A stretch of DNA of 56,895 bases from an uncultured virus (IMG/VR IMGVR_UViG_3300008117_000020) (lineage: Duplodnaviria; Heunggongvirae; Uroviricota; Caudoviricetes): IMG/VR virus record IMGVR_UViG_3300008117_000020, one strand, 5' to 3'. The notes beneath the pieces were generated by a model, which was given only the letters and a program-made list of their open reading frames with translations, did no database searches and was not told the DNA's origin. The position numbers and the translations under genes were made by a program. Positions 1 to 9,901 of this stretch are shown piece after piece (position 1 is the stretch's first letter; every line of letters begins with the position of its first letter).

Positions 1-273
1 CATACCGATTTTTATCAAGTTGCAAATATTGTTTTAAATGTCAAAACAAATTCAGAATTTTCTATAAAGTATCAAACGCCACTTGTTCAGGTAATTCCAT
101 TTAAGAGAAATTCAGATATAACAGAAATTGAATTTATGGATGAATCATTTTTTAAGTACGCATCAACAAACATGTATATGACTGGTGGAATAGCACCAAG
201 ATCTGGAACTGGACAAGCCTATAGAAAGGCTGTAAGATTAATTGATTCAATCTTAGAAAAGAAAAAAAAATGA
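1..273 (+). CDS. 5'-truncated hypothetical phage protein (possibly DUF6065/dUTPase-fold-like)
   Basis: Frame 1 open from the window edge to TGA at 271-273; contains TPLVQVIPFKR; ATGA overlap with the next gene. Confidence 0.6.
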   Translation, partial: HTDFYQVANIVLNVKTNSEFSIKYQTPLVQVIPFKRNSDITEIEFMDESFFKYASTNMYMTGGIAPRSGTGQAYRKAVRLIDSILEKKKK

Positions 274-470
274 CTGACAATATCTATCGTTTTAAAGTAG
301 ATGATTATAGGAATAGAACAGACAATAAATACTTTCCTAATACCGAAGAGGATTGGAAGGAGTTTTTGTGGAAAGTACATTTTCTTGGCGGCAAGTCAAT
401 GATACTGCTATGGCATTATGATCAAATGGAAAAGAAAGCACGAGAAGAAGCAAGTGATAAAGATTCTTAA
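270..470 (+). CDS. small hypothetical protein (66 aa)
   Basis: ORF track; ATGA coupling to the upstream gene. Confidence 0.65.
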   Translation: MTDNIYRFKVDDYRNRTDNKYFPNTEEDWKEFLWKVHFLGGKSMILLWHYDQMEKKAREEASDKDS

Positions 471-732
471 TGCTGTTAAGACAATGTCTCATGGCTCGTA
501 TTGGACAAAAGCCAATACCGTAGAGGCTTGGGGGTTTGCAACAAAAATTGCAATCATCTTCCCTGGTCTACTTTTAGGTCAACAGTTTTGGTGGCTTTAT
601 ATATTTGCTATAATATCCAGTTTAGCTCTGATATGGTCATCAACAGAAAAAACGCTTCCAACCATTATTCTTTTTAATGTTGCCTGGGTTATCTTGGCAA
701 GTCTTTCTATTTTAAAACATTTTTTGCAATAG
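454..732 (+). CDS. small membrane protein (about 3 hydrophobic segments)
   Basis: ORF 418..732; GTG at 454 is the more plausible start; hydrophobic stretches IAIIFPGLLLG, WWLYIFAIISSLALIW, IILFNVAWVILASLSIL. Confidence 0.65.
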   Translation: MIKILNAVKTMSHGSYWTKANTVEAWGFATKIAIIFPGLLLGQQFWWLYIFAIISSLALIWSSTEKTLPTIILFNVAWVILASLSILKHFLQ

Positions 733-875
733 GTAGACACGAAACAAAACCAGTTACTAGTGTTAGTAGGCATATTTATTTGCAGTTTTTTCTATGAAAA
801 AAATGACAATTTTGATAAGGATTCAATAAAATGGTTAAATAGCCCTCAAAAAGGTGTAAGATCAGGATAATTCAA

Positions 876-1166
876 ATGCTATACAACGAAAACATTACTT
901 ATGATCAACCTGGCTTGAGCTATGTTGGTACTATAATAATTAATGTTGAGGGCTTATTAGACCCTATAATCATTTCTAATGTTAACGTTGCCATTACCAC
1001 ATCTCAGGATTACTCTAATGCAACAACTGTTGCAGTACTATCTTACGATATCTACCCAGAAGGCATAATCACCATACAGGCCACTCAGTCGCAGGCAAAT
1101 GCCTTAGTTGAAGCGGTTACCTCTTCTGGTTCTGGCACCGCAGAAATAACGCTATTACAATTTTAA
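876..1166 (+). CDS. small acidic protein, probably virion-associated
   Basis: 96-aa ORF with no Lys or Arg; first gene of the structural run. Confidence 0.55.
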   Translation: MLYNENITYDQPGLSYVGTIIINVEGLLDPIIISNVNVAITTSQDYSNATTVAVLSYDIYPEGIITIQATQSQANALVEAVTSSGSGTAEITLLQF

Positions 1167-1181
1167 ATAACTGGAGTCAAA

Positions 1182-2084
1182 ATGGCCATAAGCAAAGTTT
1201 TAGTTAACGATACTGTTAGAATTAAGGTAAAGTTCGTAGACACTGACCCAATAACCTTAGAACAAACAGAGGTTAGCCCAGTATCTGTTTCTGTTGTTGT
1301 TTTAGATTCAGATGGGACGCAGATAGCATCAGCATCAGCAACCCAAATTACTAGCTCAGAATATTATTATAATTTTTCTACAGCAACAGCTGGAGAATAT
1401 ACAATTAAATTTACTGGGACCTTAGCAAATACGACTTCTATTACGGTTAGTCAACAACTATATGTTAGTTCTATTACCGAAGAATATAAGCCGTCTATTA
1501 CTTTGAGATCTGATGAGACAATATCTTTTGCCCCAGACATTGATCCATTATATTTGGATCCAGAAGAAATATTATCAATATTTCCGGAAGCAGGACTTTT
1601 AGAAATAGGAGAGTTAGTCTATAATTACTCAAACGAAGTAAAAGAAATGTATTCTATTCAAGATTCAAATACAAATCCAGATTTACCATTTACAGTACTA
1701 GAATATATTAAGGCTTCAGTTTGCTGTGAGCTTAGTAGAACTTATGGATTTGGGGGAGACGACGAAATGAGTCTTAAGCTTGCAGACCTAGAAATAACAA
1801 ATAGATCAGCACCAAGGGATGTTGCCACCAGATCAAATGCAACCACATGGTGTCAAATAGCTGCTTCTTTAAGAAGAGAAATTTTAGCCAAAAAGGTTTA
1901 TATGAGAGGGGTTCAGCCAAAGAACCTTCCAAACAAAAAAACTTTTACTTCTGGAAAAACTGTAGATCCACAAACAGGAAAATTAATATACTTGTCTGAT
2001 AAAGAATTATATGGCCCAGGAAGAAAAACTCCAACAGATCCAGATGACCCAATGCCAGACAGAGGCTTAAGACAATATGATTGA
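1182..2084 (+). CDS. putative head-tail adaptor/neck protein with N-terminal Ig-like domain
   Basis: GGAG RBS; beta-rich N-terminus (YYYNFSTATAGEYTIKFTG) and helical C-terminus; position ahead of closure/sheath genes. Confidence 0.5.
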   Translation: MAISKVLVNDTVRIKVKFVDTDPITLEQTEVSPVSVSVVVLDSDGTQIASASATQITSSEYYYNFSTATAGEYTIKFTGTLANTTSITVSQQLYVSSITEEYKPSITLRSDETISFAPDIDPLYLDPEEILSIFPEAGLLEIGELVYNYSNEVKEMYSIQDSNTNPDLPFTVLEYIKASVCCELSRTYGFGGDDEMSLKLADLEITNRSAPRDVATRSNATTWCQIAASLRREILAKKVYMRGVQPKNLPNKKTFTSGKTVDPQTGKLIYLSDKELYGPGRKTPTDPDDPMPDRGLRQYD

Positions 2085-2454
2085 TGCTAAAAAAATATTT
2101 GAAAAGATATTAAAACAATGGGGACATGATATATTCTTGCAAAGAAGATTGTCAGATGATTTTGTTTATAACGATGTCCTAGAGAGGCATACCACTAGAT
2201 CCTTATACGCTAGAAGTTTTGCGTTATCAAACGCTAAAGAAGAAGTGCCAGAAGGAGTTATAACAAATTCTGAATTAGTTTATTATTTTAAATCAAATGT
2301 TAATCCAAAACCTGGAGATCGCATTTATGAGCAATCTTTTAATTCTTTAGAAGATACTATTATTTATGTGATAGACGACAGTTATGGCGTCAGGGGAAAA
2401 AGAGGCGAAATTAACTATTGGATAGTTGGTGCAACAAAAGAGGTTCCAAGCTGA
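2077..2454 (+). CDS. putative head-closure (SPP1 gp16-like) protein
   Basis: 125 aa; YYFKSNVNPKPGDRIYE pattern; synteny. Confidence 0.5.
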   Translation: MIDAKKIFEKILKQWGHDIFLQRRLSDDFVYNDVLERHTTRSLYARSFALSNAKEEVPEGVITNSELVYYFKSNVNPKPGDRIYEQSFNSLEDTIIYVIDDSYGVRGKRGEINYWIVGATKEVPS

Positions 2455-2455
2455 T

Positions 2456-4045
2456 ATGTTAATAGCAAAACCAAAAGAGTACGTAGAAATACAGTTTACA
2501 TATAAAGATGGATATCAGTATGTAGATCCAACAGCAGATATAGTTGTATATCTAAAAAGAGGAATTGGGACTCCTGGAGCAGTAATAGATGGACCACTCG
2601 TTTATGACATAGATGGCATCACTGCAGCAACCCCCACATATATTCAAAACATATCTACAACGGCAACTATAGAAAGAGTTTCCGAAGGTTCATATAAACT
2701 TAGGTATATGCTGCCACAAGGTTTATATAAGGGAAATTATACAATACAAATTTCAACTATAGCTAGTGCAACAACATCAATTAAAGAAACGTATATACAG
2801 TGCAATAACCCAAATAATATTGATGAAGAATTTTCATATAACGATAAAAGCATATCAATATCGAATAGATCAAAATATGTAGAAATAAATAATCTATCTA
2901 CCAATTCAATTCTTCTCATAGGTCACACTGACGCTCTTCAAGAGTTTGAAATATATCGACCAACGTCAATGCAAGACGCAATTAATGTTTTAAGAGCTGA
3001 CTTTGATTCTCCGTTAACTAGGGGAATCTTTGATTGTTATGCCGCAGGCGGTAGAGACATTTATATTATGTCGTGTGGCAGTATGTCAGAGTATGTTGCA
3101 GATGTTTCAAAAAGAAATGAAAAAATATTTGCAGACGATGCCGCCACACCAAATATCTACTCGTTCTATGAGTTATACGGAGCAAAACTCTCTCTCTGCT
3201 ACGAGATACTTTCTGATTACGAATTTATAGACATAATCGTTCCACTAGAAACATCATTTATTTCAAGTGGTGGAGTTAATTTTGTAAAACAATTAGCAGA
3301 CCACTGTCACCAAATGCAGGTCTCTACTGGCGAAGTGCAAGTGGGAATTATTGGCTCAAGAAGCTCTCAATCAAGACAAGATGACATTACAGAAATCAAC
3401 AACGCAAACTTTGAAATAGGTTCTTCAATAACATCATCTGGTGAGATAACAAAAGATAGTGGAAAATATATTATCTTAATATATGGAGAGTCTGTTTTTA
3501 ATCATAAACAAATAAGAAGATCTTATGTCGGTTCTATGGCTGCAGCATATGCAGGGTCACTTTCTTCAAATAGAATTGACTATGGAATGGCCAAAAAAAG
3601 AATAGAACCGTGCCTTTCTATATTTGGAAATGAAATTAATTCTGAACAAATGGCCATATTAACAAATAAAAAAGTAAATACAATATTTTCAGGAAATAGA
3701 GCAAGAAGGGGAGCGCTTTATGATGTTAGGGTTAGCGGAGATTTAACTCAGTCTATATCTGAAAATTATTCAGATTCGTCTAACGTAAGGCTAGTTGCCA
3801 TGATAATAGCTGAAGTCCAGTCTATGGGACAAAATGCAATAGGTAAATTCGCCAACGATCATCTAATAAGATCAGTTGACGGCTTTATGCAACAGTTAAA
3901 AATTAATGATATTATAAGAGACTATAATTTTGACGCCTATGCAGACAAATTGGAAAAAGGAAAATTGTATCTTACTATTTCTATAACCTCTGTTAGAACA
4001 CTAAGGTCAATATCTTTTAATGTAGCAACGGGCAGAGGAGCTTAA
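2456..4045 (+). CDS. tail sheath-like paralogue with N-terminal Ig-like extension
   Basis: ATG at 2456 directly after the upstream stop; blocks align by eye with the 4869..6146 sheath (DSPLTRGIFDCYAAGGRDIYIM vs DSDVHRGFIELLAGGAERIFIV; SNVRLVAMI vs STMRIINEA). Confidence 0.7.
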   Translation: MLIAKPKEYVEIQFTYKDGYQYVDPTADIVVYLKRGIGTPGAVIDGPLVYDIDGITAATPTYIQNISTTATIERVSEGSYKLRYMLPQGLYKGNYTIQISTIASATTSIKETYIQCNNPNNIDEEFSYNDKSISISNRSKYVEINNLSTNSILLIGHTDALQEFEIYRPTSMQDAINVLRADFDSPLTRGIFDCYAAGGRDIYIMSCGSMSEYVADVSKRNEKIFADDAATPNIYSFYELYGAKLSLCYEILSDYEFIDIIVPLETSFISSGGVNFVKQLADHCHQMQVSTGEVQVGIIGSRSSQSRQDDITEINNANFEIGSSITSSGEITKDSGKYIILIYGESVFNHKQIRRSYVGSMAAAYAGSLSSNRIDYGMAKKRIEPCLSIFGNEINSEQMAILTNKKVNTIFSGNRARRGALYDVRVSGDLTQSISENYSDSSNVRLVAMIIAEVQSMGQNAIGKFANDHLIRSVDGFMQQLKINDIIRDYNFDAYADKLEKGKLYLTISITSVRTLRSISFNVATGRGA

Positions 4046-4046
4046 A

Positions 4047-4787
4047 ATGCCACAAAACGCTTTTAGATTTCCGGTACCAAGCGTAAACGAAATTAATAAT
4101 GATAGAATGTTTGGAGCACCCCTCCAGGCATCTGGTAATTTAACCTACCTAGAATTCATTGCAATAGTTAAAGCACTTTGGGAAAATGCCTACCCAGATA
4201 TTAAAATACAGCCCACTGCAAGTGGGACATATGCTGAGTATCCGGTTATCGTTTATGGTCTTGAAATTAGAAAAACACATAGTTCAGAACCAAAACCGAG
4301 AACTCGAAACAGTCAAGGGTCGCCAAATGTTATGGTGTTTGGGCAAAGATTTCAAAATGTTGTTAGTTTTACTTTAATAACAAAAGCTGATCAAGGAACC
4401 TCAAAAAGCGATCTTGAAAAAAGATATTCTGGAGCTCAAGTAGCTGATACTTTAATAGAGATATTTGAAGACTTTATGTTGGAGCATACTCCCGTATTTA
4501 AAAGGCTAGGGGCTGCAGAGTTGGTCTATTCTAGAAGACTTTCTGACTCAGATATCAATAGGGATAATACAGATATTGTTAAAAGAACAGTCACATACAT
4601 GCTAACTACAGAAAAACTGATCGCTACATCTGTGGATGTTATCGAAAAAATTGCCATTGACGTTAGAAGATATATGGCTTATGAGCAGTCAATTTTGGAC
4701 CATAAATCTGATTTTGCTACTCCAAATTATGATAACACGGAAATAAATATAATAGACCTATATCAAACTTCTACCCCAAACAGTTAA
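4047..4787 (+). CDS. putative tail terminator/completion protein
   Basis: 246 aa; directly upstream of the main sheath; YPVIVY...VSFTLIT...DTLIEIFEDFM pattern. Confidence 0.5.
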   Translation: MPQNAFRFPVPSVNEINNDRMFGAPLQASGNLTYLEFIAIVKALWENAYPDIKIQPTASGTYAEYPVIVYGLEIRKTHSSEPKPRTRNSQGSPNVMVFGQRFQNVVSFTLITKADQGTSKSDLEKRYSGAQVADTLIEIFEDFMLEHTPVFKRLGAAELVYSRRLSDSDINRDNTDIVKRTVTYMLTTEKLIATSVDVIEKIAIDVRRYMAYEQSILDHKSDFATPNYDNTEINIIDLYQTSTPNS

Positions 4788-4868
4788 TGTAGTTTGTTTT
4801 TATAAGTTTGTTATTACTATATAAAAGAAGTTAAAACCAAACTGCCCCAATCGGAGGTCTATAGACTA

Positions 4869-6146
4869 ATGGCTCTACCAGGTGTAAAAACAGTAATTAA
4901 AGATCGCTTTTATAGCATCTCTAGACAGGATATTCCTGTCGGTCCACGAATCTGCCTCATCGCAAGAAGAGGTGCGGCAGTTGCTGGAGATAATTCCAGC
5001 AGAGTAAAGGATCTTGACGTAGTTCAGGCTACAACTGAGCAAGATGTAATCGACGCTTTTGGCGAAGACTCAGATGTCCATAGAGGATTTATTGAGCTTT
5101 TAGCAGGAGGCGCAGAAAGAATATTTATTGTTCCTCTTCCTTCTGACTCAGTTTTTGATCACAGCGCTGGAACAATTACAAGTTCATCCAGCTCAGGAGT
5201 AAACGTTTTTGATGCAGCGTTTGCAGCAGCAGAAGCTGCGCAACCTGACATTATCGTTCCTTGGGGTCGCGGAGGTCATCCAGATGACTGGCAAAGTCCA
5301 GCAACTCCTGGTGACGACTATGAATATGGTTTCTATGCAAATAATGCGACAACAACTTCAAGCTGGGCCTATAAGGTTGCAGTAAAAGTTAAAGAGATAA
5401 ATGAGAACTCACACTCATGCTTCGCAGTTATGGGTGTTAAGCCCTATAATCCAGGAACTGGAAACGTTACAGAAGTAATGACACCAGCAGAAGTAGCAAC
5501 ACACCTAAATACAAGTGCAACATCTGGAAGTGTTCTTAATACTTTGATCACCAGAGATGGAACAAATATGGCAGAAGTTGGCAGACACGTTGTTGTTGTT
5601 GCTAGCGAACTAAAGCCAGTAAATTATGTTTCTACTTGGGGTTACGCAAATGGTGCAACAACAATGGCTGCTGCAATAAGCAGAATGGCATCCTTTACTT
5701 CTCCTGTTAACAAGACTGCATATAACGTTGCTGCAATGAGATACAACCCAACAAGAACTCAGCAAGAGAGATTGTCAGATGCGGGAGTAAATACTGTAGC
5801 ACTTAACTTTAATAAGATACCAACCTTCATTGAAGGCTTAACAATGGCATCTTCAACATCTGACTATACAAGAGTTTCTACAATGAGAATTATCAACGAA
5901 GCAGCTCTTTTGGTTAGACAAGTATGTCAGAAGTTTATTGGAGAAGCATCAACCATTCAGACTCGTAACTCAATGGAAACTGCAATCACATCAGCTTTAA
6001 GAGGTATGCAACAAATTGGAGCTTTGCTAGATAGTGACTTTACCGTAAGTTACATTCCAGCAGAAAACAAAGCGATTGTTGACCTCGTTCTGACACCAGC
6101 ATTTGAACTCAAGAACATTGATGTTCAAGTAGCAATTAACCTATAA
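4869..6146 (+). CDS. major contractile tail sheath protein
   Basis: MALPGV N-terminus, DAFGEDS, C-terminal STMRIINE...FIGE...VDLVLTPAFELKNIDVQV; GGAGG RBS. Confidence 0.88.
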   Translation: MALPGVKTVIKDRFYSISRQDIPVGPRICLIARRGAAVAGDNSSRVKDLDVVQATTEQDVIDAFGEDSDVHRGFIELLAGGAERIFIVPLPSDSVFDHSAGTITSSSSSGVNVFDAAFAAAEAAQPDIIVPWGRGGHPDDWQSPATPGDDYEYGFYANNATTTSSWAYKVAVKVKEINENSHSCFAVMGVKPYNPGTGNVTEVMTPAEVATHLNTSATSGSVLNTLITRDGTNMAEVGRHVVVVASELKPVNYVSTWGYANGATTMAAAISRMASFTSPVNKTAYNVAAMRYNPTRTQQERLSDAGVNTVALNFNKIPTFIEGLTMASSTSDYTRVSTMRIINEAALLVRQVCQKFIGEASTIQTRNSMETAITSALRGMQQIGALLDSDFTVSYIPAENKAIVDLVLTPAFELKNIDVQVAINL

Positions 6147-6181
6147 ACCATAAATAAAAATACCGAATTGGAGGGTATAAA

Positions 6182-6871
6182 ATGGCAGGAGAATACTATG
6201 ATGGTCCAGTTAATAAGTATCTAAATACTTATACTACATTTTCTGGAGCAGATATTGTTGCCACCTTTGGTGGCGTTGAAATTGGAGCTCTTTCTGGAAT
6301 TACATTTTCAGTAACAAGAGAAAAGGCACCAATCTACACTATGGGTTCACCAAACCCACGCTCTTTCTCAAGAGGCAAAAGAGGAATTGCAGGATCATTA
6401 ATCTTTACTGTTTTTGATCGTCCAGCTCTTTACCAGATGATTGAAGCTCATCATGCAACAGACAACTCAATGAAGTTCTTTACAAGAAGACACAACACTC
6501 TTCCTGGAGATCCTCAGCACAAGAGAGGAATTGCAGAGTTTACAGATCAGTCACGTGACATTGTTTCACAAGTTCCATATTATGCGGATCAAATTCCTCC
6601 ATTTGATATTACCGTAACATTTGTTAACGAATATGGACAGGGCGCAGTAAGATCAATTTATGGAGTTGAGCTTTTGAACGAAGGTTCTGGAGCTTCTATG
6701 GATGACATTGTTATCGAAGAGACAATGACATACGTAGCTCGTGAAATTGGTCCAATGTACAGAATTACAACTGATCAACTTGGAAGGTTTAACACTGGAG
6801 ATCTTAAGGATCTTATCAGCTCAGACGCAGCTGGACAAAGTGGCTTAAATACCCAAATTATTAGACCATAA
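6182..6871 (+). CDS. major tail tube protein
   Basis: Follows the sheath; FSGADI...ITFSVTREKAPIYTMG...RGKRGIAGSLIFTVFD...PPFDI; GGAGG RBS; hairpin downstream. Confidence 0.8.
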   Translation: MAGEYYDGPVNKYLNTYTTFSGADIVATFGGVEIGALSGITFSVTREKAPIYTMGSPNPRSFSRGKRGIAGSLIFTVFDRPALYQMIEAHHATDNSMKFFTRRHNTLPGDPQHKRGIAEFTDQSRDIVSQVPYYADQIPPFDITVTFVNEYGQGAVRSIYGVELLNEGSGASMDDIVIEETMTYVAREIGPMYRITTDQLGRFNTGDLKDLISSDAAGQSGLNTQIIRP

Positions 6872-6891
6872 TATTTAATTAAAACCCGCAT

Positions 6892-6934
6892 AATATGGAG
6901 GACGTGATTATTTTCATGTCCTCCATATTGTTTT
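6892..6934 (+). terminator. 16-bp hairpin, probable intrinsic terminator/attenuator or processing stem
   Basis: AATATGGAGGACGTGA (6892-6907), 6-nt loop, TCATGTCCTCCATATT (6914-6929; one G-U pair), followed by GTTTT. Confidence 0.75.
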
Positions 6935-6946
6935 CTAGGAGTATAA

Positions 6947-7666
6947 ATGACATCACTTCAACAAAAAAAAGATGAGATATTCAGATATGAAAGTGGGGTC
7001 ACTTCCAATAGATTAGCTAAAGGAATGCCAGACCCATTTTCTAACATGTCCTATGCTGGAACTGATATATCAGCAACAATAGTTGTTCCAAATATAGATA
7101 GGAATACCAAGACAGTTGGAGAAGCTGATATTCTTGAAATGGCAGAAATTCAAACAATATCTTATTCTATTCACCGAGAAAACTCACCTGTTAGAACTCT
7201 TGGTCACGTAAATCCAAGAGGATTTGTTAAAGGTGGAAGAACAATAGCGGGCTCTTTAATCTTTACAGTTTTCAATGAGTATGCGTTTTATAGAATTAAA
7301 GAGTTTAGAAATATAATGGCAGAAACTGGATTATTCTTTGCGCCATTAGCAGACATGCTGCCACCATTTGATATAGTCTTATCTTTTTTTAATGAATATG
7401 GAATGGCATCTAAAATGAAGATTTATGGCGTTACTATAGTAGATGAAGGTGGTACAATGTCTGTTGACGACTTAATCACCGAACAAACCTACACCTTTAT
7501 GGCTAGAGGTATGCAGCCACTTGTAAGCATGGAAAAAGATCCAATGATGCTACCAGATGATGTTTATGATGCATACGAACAAAGGCAGAAAAACTTTTGG
7601 AATTCAAATTCCACAGATAAGTTAACAGAATATACAACTTTTATAGACAGGGTTCCAAGGGCATAA
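6947..7666 (+). CDS. tail tube-like protein 2
   Basis: Paralogue of 6182..6871 (YAGTDI, ISYSIHRENSPVRTLG, RTIAGSLIFTVF, LPPFDI). Confidence 0.75.
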   Translation: MTSLQQKKDEIFRYESGVTSNRLAKGMPDPFSNMSYAGTDISATIVVPNIDRNTKTVGEADILEMAEIQTISYSIHRENSPVRTLGHVNPRGFVKGGRTIAGSLIFTVFNEYAFYRIKEFRNIMAETGLFFAPLADMLPPFDIVLSFFNEYGMASKMKIYGVTIVDEGGTMSVDDLITEQTYTFMARGMQPLVSMEKDPMMLPDDVYDAYEQRQKNFWNSNSTDKLTEYTTFIDRVPRA

Positions 7667-7670
7667 TAAA

Positions 7671-8693
7671 ATGGCAAGAGATTATAATTCAATTGTTGGA
7701 CAAAAAAGTTATAGACCATTTACTTCTTATATTCCGTATGAATTTAAAGATCCTACTCAAGCTCAAAGCTTTGATCCTTTAAATCCAAACGTAGATTTGC
7801 AATGGGCTGGAAAGACAAGCTCTGCAGAACAATTTAATCAATATTATGATTATTATTTTACTGGAGAAGATGTCAGAATATATATTGATGGACTGTTTGA
7901 TGCATCAGATGAATTAGATTTAGCCAGTTTTGCTTTTGCAATTAAGCAGGAGAAGCAGCCTCTTTATGGTTTCTGGTCTTATAATTATGATGTTATGATG
8001 GTGGGAACTAGAATCATCACTGGAGAATTTAGTGTGTATGCAAGATATCCAGGAAGAATGACCGACCTTTTGTCAAAGGCAGCAGAAAAAAGAGCGGGAT
8101 TTTATACATCAGAAGGGGCTAATGCAAAGATTCAATCTTATTTATTGAGTAGGGCAGAGTCTTTAGATGATGAAAAAAATATTAAAAAATACTGGGCAAA
8201 CAGCAGGCTAGATAGACTATCTTCAGATAATAGTTCAGATGACGCAAGAAATATATTTTCTGCACATCCTCCTTTTAATTTTGTTATTAAATATGGAACA
8301 CAAGAAGGTTCTGTAACTACAGTGACAAGAAATAAAGGCGATGATGGAGACGACAACTATGATACTTTGGATAGGTTAATGGCCACTGACTTTAATGAAA
8401 GACTAGTGCAAAAAACTGCATCCGATAAAATGGATATAGTTTTGCAAAGTATTCAGCTTCTAGGGATGGCATCTGGCTACTCTACTGGAGGGCAGCCTTT
8501 GGTGGAAACTTATCAGTTTATAGCAAGGGACATGTATGTCTCTTCTGGAGCATCAAGAAAAGCTCCAACATCAAGCGAAACCACAGCCACCAATGAGGCG
8601 GCACAAGTTAAGGGAACTAGTGCAACACAGACTTCTGCACCACCATCAGAAGAAAGAATAGCATATGTTACTACTTATGGACAAGTTCCATAG
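7671..8693 (+). CDS. tail tube-like protein 3 (tube initiator-like)
   Basis: YFTGEDVRIYID, QEKQPLYGF, GTRIITGEF, HPPFNF and ETYQFIARD echo the tube motifs. Confidence 0.65.
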   Translation: MARDYNSIVGQKSYRPFTSYIPYEFKDPTQAQSFDPLNPNVDLQWAGKTSSAEQFNQYYDYYFTGEDVRIYIDGLFDASDELDLASFAFAIKQEKQPLYGFWSYNYDVMMVGTRIITGEFSVYARYPGRMTDLLSKAAEKRAGFYTSEGANAKIQSYLLSRAESLDDEKNIKKYWANSRLDRLSSDNSSDDARNIFSAHPPFNFVIKYGTQEGSVTTVTRNKGDDGDDNYDTLDRLMATDFNERLVQKTASDKMDIVLQSIQLLGMASGYSTGGQPLVETYQFIARDMYVSSGASRKAPTSSETTATNEAAQVKGTSATQTSAPPSEERIAYVTTYGQVP

Positions 8694-8704
8694 GCAGTGT
8701 TGTA

Positions 8705-8713
8705 TGGTATAAT
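8705..8713 (+). promoter_or_regulatory. extended -10 promoter (TGnTATAAT)
   Basis: TGGTATAAT in the intergenic gap, 33 nt before the ATG at 8747. Confidence 0.6.
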
Positions 8714-8746
8714 GTTTTAGGTTTATTTTAAAAATAGGAGAAAAGT

Positions 8747-9259
8747 ATGACCGAGAAAAGAAAAGTAGTAGTTAGTTCATCAGAAGAGTTAATCGAAGAA
8801 ACTGGCGCACAAGAAGCTCTTGTAGCACAGATGGTAGATGAAGATTTTGATACAGAAGAGCAGGACATAGAAGCAGTTACTTCAGTAGAAGATTTGCCAG
8901 ACGAAGAAGAGATTTGGCCAGATGGGCCGACTGCAGGACAGATCAAAATTTGGAAGAAAGAACATGGTGACGTTTATGTTACGTCAATATCTTTTGACAA
9001 GCATATTGCATGGAGACCTCTTTCTAGATTAGAATATAAAAATCTAGTTAGAAAAATGGAACAACTTGTTCAATCAGGGCAAATGTCAACAGCAGAAGCA
9101 AACCTTTGGAATGAAGAAGCCATAGCTGAGCTTTGCATACTTTTCCCATCTTATGATGTAGCAGCGATGACAAGAGAAATGGCTGGTCTTCCTTCTCTTA
9201 TTTCTCAAGAAGTTCTTGAGGCATCCGGATTCGTAGCACTAGAAGTAAGACAGTTATAA
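8747..9259 (+). CDS. tail assembly chaperone 1
   Basis: Lies between the tube genes and the tape-measure-like gene; acidic N-terminus; WRPLSRLEY...AGLPSLISQEVLEASGF. Confidence 0.65.
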   Translation: MTEKRKVVVSSSEELIEETGAQEALVAQMVDEDFDTEEQDIEAVTSVEDLPDEEEIWPDGPTAGQIKIWKKEHGDVYVTSISFDKHIAWRPLSRLEYKNLVRKMEQLVQSGQMSTAEANLWNEEAIAELCILFPSYDVAAMTREMAGLPSLISQEVLEASGFVALEVRQL

Positions 9260-9262
9260 TAA

Positions 9263-9886
9263 ATGATAGACCCATCTTTTATATTTGAAATAAAAAATAA
9301 ATATGGGTCCATATTTGAGACCTCTATAAAAAAAGAAATTATTCTTTTTAGAGAACTTACTTTTTCAGAATTTGATGAGATATCTGAATTTCAAAAAAAT
9401 GGCGATAGCTCTAACGCAGACATAGAAGACTTAATAATAAAGTATGCTGTTATTTATCCTCATGATTTTGACTCGGATAAATATCCTGCAGGTCTTGTTT
9501 CTTCTCTTGCAGAAGAAGTATTAGAAGAGTCTGGTTTTTCTTCTGCAAAAAAAGCAAAACACATAGTTGAGCAAAAAAGAGAAGAAGCCAATGAAGTTAG
9601 ATCTTTAATGAAAGCTTTTGTTCTGGCAACAATGCCAACATTTAGGCCTTCAGATCTTGATAATATGACATTTTCTAAATTAGCAGAACACGTTGCATTA
9701 GCTGAAAAAATAATTGAGATTCAACAAAACGCAGCTGGAATGGAATCAACCAATGTTTCTCTACAGTTGATTGATCCAGAAGAAGAAATGCAAAAACAAA
9801 AAGATTTTGCAAATAGATTTAATGCATCTAGAAAAGATGGTGAAGCTAAATTTGAGGACCCAATTGCTCGCAAGCTTTGGGGATAG
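9263..9886 (+). CDS. tail assembly chaperone 2 (paralogue of chaperone 1)
   Basis: FRELTFSEF...AGLVSSLAEEVLEESGF matches chaperone 1. Confidence 0.65.
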   Translation: MIDPSFIFEIKNKYGSIFETSIKKEIILFRELTFSEFDEISEFQKNGDSSNADIEDLIIKYAVIYPHDFDSDKYPAGLVSSLAEEVLEESGFSSAKKAKHIVEQKREEANEVRSLMKAFVLATMPTFRPSDLDNMTFSKLAEHVALAEKIIEIQQNAAGMESTNVSLQLIDPEEEMQKQKDFANRFNASRKDGEAKFEDPIARKLWG

Positions 9887-9901
9887 TGTTAGGAATCAAA
9901 G

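Noticed and set aside
256..273. Poly-A run at 262-270 as a frameshift site
   Set aside because: Explained by a Lys-rich C-terminus and an ordinary ATGA stop/start overlap
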